This document shows positions 57,005-64,000 of a stretch of DNA of 64,000 nt, piece by piece. The stretch spans positions 21,390,001-21,454,000 of the forward strand of contig NC_047065.1 in the NCBI RefSeq assembly GCF_902459465.1. The letters are read 5' to 3'. Source of the stretch: Asterias rubens. Lineage: Eukaryota. Positions within the stretch are counted from its first letter, which is position 1; the number at the start of each line of letters is the position of its first letter. The notes beneath the pieces were generated by a model, which did not search any database, had not been told where the DNA came from, and worked only from the letters and a program-made list of their open reading frames with translations. The translations under genes and the position numbers were made by a program.

Positions 57005-58589
57005 TATGTAACAGCCTTACTGTCAGTCGGAAAGAACAAATGAATATATATGTTAATTAAAAAAAGAGGGTTAGTGGCACACACACTTTCATCAGCAAAA
57101 AAATTATAAAATAACAATCAAAAAGATTGTAACCTCAACATTCTCTTTCTTGAATATTCTATAAAAATCCCTCTTTGAGCTCCAACAAAAATTAAGTTTC
57201 AGACCTGGTAGATGAACTTTTTTCATAAGATAATCCTAATGCAACACTAAAAATAATGACCTGTTTTTTGTCTGGAAATTAACCACTTTATTGTTTATTT
57301 GTTCATTGATGACACCAGTTCTAAATTCCGGACTGAATACAAAAAGTACTTGGTATCTCATGCCATATACATGTAGGTTGTGGGCACCAACTTGAATCAA
57401 AAGTCCCACCCTCACTGTTTTAGTGTCTGTTGATGTGAATATACAGGCAACTTCTTTTATCCTTGCAGGTTTCTTCTAATTCTCTGTCACTGTTGTGTGT
57501 GCAACCAGAGAACAAAATCAATCAGCAGATGAAAACAGGTCTACTGAGCGTCAAGATCCCACAAATTGTAATCAATAAAAAAAATCCTTATGGGTAAACA
57601 GAAACACTTGACACAAGAACAATCTGACAAGGTGATTAAGATTCGGATCTAAAATTATATCTGGCCCCGAAAACATATTCGTAAGTAAATGCACAAAAAT
57701 ATAAAATAATAACACTAGTGGCAATTGGAGTACTGGTGGATGTACAAAAACTGTAAGTATCAGTGTTGGAAACAAAGGCAACCGATAAATTTAAAAAATT
57801 GAGAAAGACTTCATTTACAAAATAAAAGATATAAACACCAAATAAATAAATAAATTGAATAAAAATACTCACTGTTAGAAAAATGTTGTTCAATAAAAGT
57901 CAGCTATAAGGATCCCAAAAAAGGCTCCAAAAAGGTTGCCAAAAATGTCACGTTGGTAATGAAAAAAACACTGTAGGTAGATATAAAACAGAATAAATAG
58001 GAGCAATAAACAAAACAAAAAAACAATAAATGTCCTATTGTCTATCTTGACACTGTGTATGCAGATAGATAACGAATAAATAGGAACAATAAACAAAATA
58101 AAAAACAACTATAAATTTCCTATTGTCTACTCTCGACCCGCCAATAACAACATGAAATGACAAGTAAAAACTACCCAACAGTAATAAAATAAAAAAATTA
58201 GAAGTTTGAATTATACAGAATCAGGAGAACCGTCCAAGTGCTTGGTAAAATATAAAGTTTATAGTTTTAGTCAAACTTACTGTTAGTTTAAAAAAAAACA
58301 CACGCGGGTGTTGAATGCAAATTTCCAGTCACACGCTGCGACTGATGCCACGCTCACCATGTTGGTGGTCATTAGGTTTACGTGTAAACGCCGCGTCGCC
58401 CAAAAATGTGCACTTCACCGAATAACATACGTTCTATTTCTATGGTCAATACGCACAAATTTACCACAACTTTACAGTGTTGTAGCATTGTGTAGCCATA
58501 CCTCAAAAAGGCTTATGGAGGTAAGATGTCCACATGTACATTTGGAAAAATGCACACCTAAGACTAAGTGTCTACTCCAAAAGCGAAAC

Positions 58590-58740
58590 GGGTCAACTCG
58601 TACCCAAGTCAACTCGTACCCAAAATATTGTACACAAGTCAACTCTTACTGTAATACTAGTCTTACCCAAGTCAACTCATACCCAGGTCAAACTAGGTAG
58701 TACCCATGTCAACTCGTACCCAAGTCAATTCGTACCGTAC
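58590..58740. repeat. Cluster of CAAGTCAACTCGTACC-like repeats
   Basis: About six irregularly spaced degenerate units. Confidence 0.6.
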
Positions 58741-58824
58741 AACGTACATTGTATGCCGAAACGGAAAATTTCCGTGTGGCGCGATTTTATAAGCGATAGG
58801 AAATAAAAATGATGTTCTACCATC

Positions 58825-58956
58825 GGATAACATTCCGTATGGCGCCACCACTTTTTCACTAATTTTTACAAAAAAGGATATCTCATTGAGGTAAATTAGA
58901 TACTATATTATTTCATATCGAATGAAAAAGTGGTGGCGCCATACGGAAACTTTTCC
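58825..58956. mobile_element. Family D MITE
   Basis: TIRs; TSD CTACCATC on both sides. Confidence 0.85.
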
Positions 58957-61900
58957 CTACCATCATATGTTGACCCGAATTCCTCCAAAGTACGTACATG
59001 TATGTATGTATGCACATGTACATGTACTATGACTATATATGAATCATAGTACTATGAATATGATGTTATTATCATGCGATCGTCGTGCCTACGTGCTACC
59101 TACATCTGCAATCTGGATCGTATTTTACATTGTATTCTGCTAAAATTATTCACCCCACAGAAAACAAAAACTGCCTGTAAATTCTTATTATGTCAAAGTT
59201 TAACTCACCGGCTGCTACACACCGTGAAATTCCTACATTTGTGATTTGTTTAGTTCTTTTGTTTCCAAAAGCGAAATTTACATTGAATCATGGAGCTAAT
59301 CGACAATGGATAATGTTTCGTTGGTAACCAACAATTTTTTTGTAATAAAATAATATGATTATTATTTTAACGTTCCCGGTACTGAAGATGCATGAACGTT
59401 ACAATTGAACGCACATTTTGAGATCGACGTGGAAGAAGGAGACGGGTACCAGCCAGTTAAAATTTTAGGGGAACCACACCCACAAATAAACCAGTCACTA
59501 GCACAGGTTTCATCGAAATCGCTAGCATGCTTGGGAACGCGGCTGTATTATATTATTTAGAATTAATAATAATTGTTTGATACTTGAAGAGAACCCATTT
59601 TCTAAAGATCATGATATTGATAATAAAATTATGTCACTATTTTGTTGAGAAAATTGTCATCTAAATTATTCTGAACAACTTGTTTTAATGGGTACCTTGC
59701 AAACTAGACCCACAACAAACTTTTTTAGTCCAAGCGCCTTTGTCGTTCATACAATTTATGCACTCACAAACAACAAAAAAAACAAAAAGAAGACAAAACA
59801 TAGAAAAAAAGCAACAATTGAACTAAAATTATGTTTACTTCAATTCTACTTGCTGCGTAATGTGGCCATCAACGATCGAGCCACAGCATTCCAGAGAAAA
59901 GTTATGAAAAGAGGATTTACCGTTTTTTTTAGTGTAGTGATTTACATTTAGTGGTTTGTGGTTTGTGTGGTTAAGGCATGGAGCCATGTTTAAGGGAACA
60001 CCTTGCTTAATATTTATAAAGTGAGCGAGCAACTGATGGATGTTCATAGGTTTCTTCTTTTCTATTTTAGTGTTGTTTGTTGTAAACGAGAATTCTACTT
60101 CTACTTCTACGTGGTACTCGGCAATGTCCGTAAGTCAGGATATAACGCCAAGGAATATATATTCCAAGGGGGGGGGGGGGCTCAGCTTTCTCGTGATTCA
60201 GAATACTTGGCATCAACAAATATTACCAAAAGAATCGAGATTGCGCCAGCAATAAAGAACACCCGAGACAAACCATTCATCCAGATTTGGCCGTAGTAAA
60301 ACACTTGTACTATTTTGCGAATAACCAAGTTCTACCTCTACTCTCTACGACTGTTTTAGTAGAGTGTTGTTTCTTTTATTGCTCCAACAAAATTGAAACA
60401 GGTTGTTTGGTGTGTACAGAATGCGGTTACCGCGACACGAAAGATAAACAATCCATTGAAAAACACACTTGCACTTTTCCGTACAATTTCCACATCGCCC
60501 ACAGTCTAGTCTAGCCTTTGGTATGCAAACAATTTGGCGGTACTTTAATGCAGATCGTACTCAATGACCTTGTAGACGGTTTCTCTGAACCAGAAATAGG
60601 TGGCTGAAAAGCTGACAATCTGATAGGTCTATTTCTTGATTGATATTGACCTGGGAGAATAACCAACCAACCAGCGGGGACAAATAATATGCAAATTATA
60701 TTTCATTGTATGACTGTGACAGGCACGAGCCGTCGGCCCAAAGAAATCCAATGGCCGTGTCACACAGCTGATTATTGGGAACTGTTCATTTTACTACAGG
60801 TGAAATAAAATACGTCTATATAAATAAACAATCATCATCATTTTCATTATCAAAAAAATAAGCCCATTTAACCATTAACAACTTTAATAATAAACTTGAA
60901 GCTAACAACAGTTTTAGTAAAACTCATAAGAATACAACTTCCTAGCAAAAAATACCATGTTTTAAATCCCCTCTTTAACTTCACTTCCCTTCTAAACGTC
61001 TTTTACAGTCCCATTATGTCTGACGCAAGGTCATTCATCGGTCGGGTATCTTTTGACCGGGCCGGGTGTGCGACTTGACATGACTGGCCTCAGCTCTAGC
61101 TAGCTCTCTCTGTGGCTGGCAATGCAAGGCTCTGGCTAGGCTGCTTGGTGAGGGCTGCTGGCAACTGATGGTGGTCGGTGTGTGTAGTACACGGTGATGA
61201 TGGTGATTGTCGACAGATGAATGGAATACCATACACAACTGGAAAGCTTTCCTCACTCAGTTTTCATTGTCTTTCCTTATTAAAACAAAACGACAGTTGT
61301 TGTTGAAAGTAAGTATGACAGTCCATTACCTCAGGTACATTTTGGGTCTACCAGTTTGAAGTTTATTTTGTTCGTTTTACCATAAAAACGTAAAATATTT
61401 AGGTCGAAAGACAGATCGCGATTATTATTTTTTAAGGTGCCACTCGTCGTGATGGTGTTTTACGCTACGCCCTCTCTCTCTGCAATGAATGAACTGTGAA
61501 TTAATATAATAAGATACTAGCCTTGTGTTCAACCTTGCACTTTTTTTTGCAGTGTATCACATTAGGTGAGGTAAACGTAGGGAAAGTTGTTTACACATTT
61601 TGTATCGTCACTTGAAAGTTGAATAAACATTTGTTTATTTTGTATTTTGTGGTTGTAAATCAGCTGGCCTCTGTTTTAAAATTTAATAGACAAACCAGCT
61701 GACCCATTCAAGTCAAAGCATAGAGGTTGCTCTATGGTCGTACTGAGTAGTGTAGCAGTTTCTGTCATCAAAATAGTTTCATCAACAACAAACTTTAAAA
61801 ATTAAAGTATTTACAAAATTTTGGGTCCAGCAAAAACAAATTTACTCCTTACTAGAGCAGAACTTGAATGAATCTGCCCTCTACCAACTGTACTTAAAAG

Positions 61901-62337
61901 AAACGTTACTGAATTGGTAAGAAACAAAATCGTGAAAATGATCACAGATTTACGTCAAACTTACACGGTCTAATGTTCATGATAGTAGAAAACATCCCTT
62001 GAAATATTTATGACTGAAATGTCATAATTGGTGAGAAATAAATAATCTAATTTCGCATTTGGAGTTTATCACTCAGTGAAAATGCAAAATGTGTTATCGA
62101 TTTTTCACTATTTTCTCGTGACCCCAGATGGCCGATCGATCTTAAACTTCTACTACAGGTTTGTCAGTTTATGTATATGGTGGATTACATAAACTGTGCT
62201 TACACTGCCAGCAACTATTTTGTTAGCAAAACCAATTCTGTAAAGTTTCTAGATGTAATTTGTTAACTTCAATCATGCTTTAATCAAGTCTGAACATGTT
62301 TTCTGTTCAATTGTAAAGAATCACTAGATCAGATCAG

Positions 62338-62483
62338 GGGCCGATTTCACAAAGGTCTCAAATTGATCGTAACTTCAAATCAATCGTAGTTGCTAAGTAA
62401 AGTGTGATGTCACAATACAAATCTCTATGGTGATACTGAAAATTTGTCTTGCGATGAATTTTATTGCTTTGTGAAATCGGCCC
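62338..62483. mobile_element. Harbinger-like MITE (GGGCCGATTTCACAAAG TIR)
   Basis: TIRs flanked by CAG and CTG. Confidence 0.7.
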
Positions 62484-62747
62484 CTGACCATGGACCTCCA
62501 TGATCAGACAGAGAGTGAACAACAGTTACCAGATATTGAATGTTTGGCAGATAGTTTGTTTAAATTCATTTCATGTGCATGTATTCATAAAAAAATGTGT
62601 ATATCTTTGTGTATGTATTTTACTCTGCTATGTCAAGTTCATGCATTTTGGCCCCCGGGCTGCAGCATGAATAAGGAAACAAAAGGGTAGCGACGAGCTC
62701 TTGAATCGGCCGTTTAAAACCAACAGGGTCGTGGCCGTGCGATAAAG

Positions 62748-62882
62748 GGACAACTTTCTGTATGGCGCCACCACTTTTTTACTCATTTTTTACAAAAAGG
62801 GATATATCTCGTTGAGGTGAACTAGATACTATATTATTTCATATCGCATGAAAAAGTGGTGGCGCCATATGGAAACTTTTCC
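62748..62882. mobile_element. Family D MITE
   Basis: TIRs; TSD CGATAAAG/CGATAAAT (7 of 8 match). Confidence 0.8.
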
Positions 62883-63650
62883 CGATAAATGCCCAAGCTG
62901 ACAGTTCAGCAAAATTGCTTTGTGAAGTGCATTAATAATAAGGGGGAAAAAAAGAGTTGGAGATGATTTCTTAAACGGCTGCATAAATTGACACCATGCG
63001 TAAGCTTGCGCACCATGTTGTATCGCAATAGCAATTGGTGCCCTCTCACTCTTCTTTGATCTTGTGATGTATCAGCGCTCAAATTTGTTACTATAGAGAG
63101 CACTCAAAGTAGTCAACCTTGGGAGCCAATCAATTATAGTTTCTCAGTGTTACATGGTAATAACAGGTATCGATACAGGCACTGCTAAGCATAGTTGTGA
63201 TGATTGTAACCCATTGGTCCCCGACTAGAACTTTGTTTTTTGTTGTAACAAAAATTGCAAGTTGCCCTATGCCAATGAGCTAGCATTAACAATCGGCAGA
63301 TATTGTATTGTTCCATTTAACCAACTGTGTTGTAGCTTATGCCACACTCTTGTGATTGTTTGCAGCTAAGTAACTATCCAAGACAATCCTATCCCTGCCT
63401 GATGCAAATTAAACATCGCCAGTAGTTGTTATAGCGCCCTCTTGCTTAGGCTTGTCTTTGTTTACGTTCGCCATCTTTGTAGTTGCGTTTTACTCCGTCT
63501 GTAATAAAAGTCCTTTTGTATTTAAGCATTCTAATTGGTATTCTGCTGTGGCTACCTTGTGTTGTTGCATCCATCTCTCTACTTTGGCACATCTATTAAA
63601 CTGTTGCAGTACCCACTGCTGAAACATAGGATTTAAACTGCCTCTAGCTA

Positions 63651-63990
63651 CAGGGCTATCTCGGTGGTCTAGTTAGTATGACCATAGAGAAAGTACAACG
63701 GTATGACACTCAGGCCTGATACTTCACTGAGGCAATGAAGGCAATTGCTTCCATGCCCTTGGTAGTTGCCTTGGTGCCTTTGAAATGCTCCAGTAGAAAT
63801 TCACATTTTCTTCATAGGGTGCCCTTTTCCGAGGAGAAAATCCCTTGGTACCTTGCCCTTTCAAAAACAAAGCATACAGGCCTGGACACTGCTCTAGAAT
63901 TGCAAAGGACGTGGGTTCGAATCCCACCCGAATACTTAGTATACACACATCAATGTACATGTATACCAAAAATGAATATCCAAGGCAAGA
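63651..63990 (+). mobile_element. tRNA-derived SINE interrupted by a family J element (63711-63884)
   Basis: A/B-box-like CTCGGTGGTCTAGTT...GTGGGTTCGAATCCCACCCG; GACACT duplicated either side of the J insert. Uninterrupted relative at ~6222-6390. Confidence 0.65.
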
Positions 63991-64000
63991 TGTACTTTAT

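Noticed and set aside
56603-57043. 146-aa plus-strand ORF
   Set aside because: Antisense shadow of the GC-rich RRM exon.
63190-63600. Possible solo LTR (TG start, AATAAA)
   Set aside because: No defensible TG...CA boundaries with a TSD and no second copy in the window.

Overview
AT-rich eukaryotic (metazoan) genomic DNA with spliceosomal genes and many short transposons. It is probably an invertebrate deuterostome such as a sea star; this is an inference from protein similarity and repeat style, not tested. Seven protein-coding genes could be assembled by hand with phase-consistent splice sites: the 3' end of RSPRY1 (+), an orphan 133-aa signal-peptide/transmembrane protein (-), PSME3IP1/FAM192A (+, with a U12-type AT-AC intron), a Rab22/Rab31 GTPase (-), NDUFB9 (-) head-to-head with METTL17 (+), and an hnRNP C/RALY-type RRM gene (-). 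The most striking observation is at the hnRNP C-like gene. It ends in two paralogous alternative terminal exons, each encoding a C2H2 zinc finger. Between them lies a 34-nt inverted element complementary to BOTH exons, the layout expected of a competing RNA-pairing (docking/selector) switch. Introns and intergenic DNA carry TTAA-flanked (Kolobok/T2-like), CWG-flanked (Harbinger-like), 8-bp-TSD (Merlin/hAT-like) and CCGG-flanked (Ginger1-like) non-autonomous elements, CR1 and L2 LINE fragments, tRNA-derived SINEs and several minisatellites. No rRNA, intact tRNA gene or CRISPR array was seen. All protein identities come from recalled family sequences; no database search was run.
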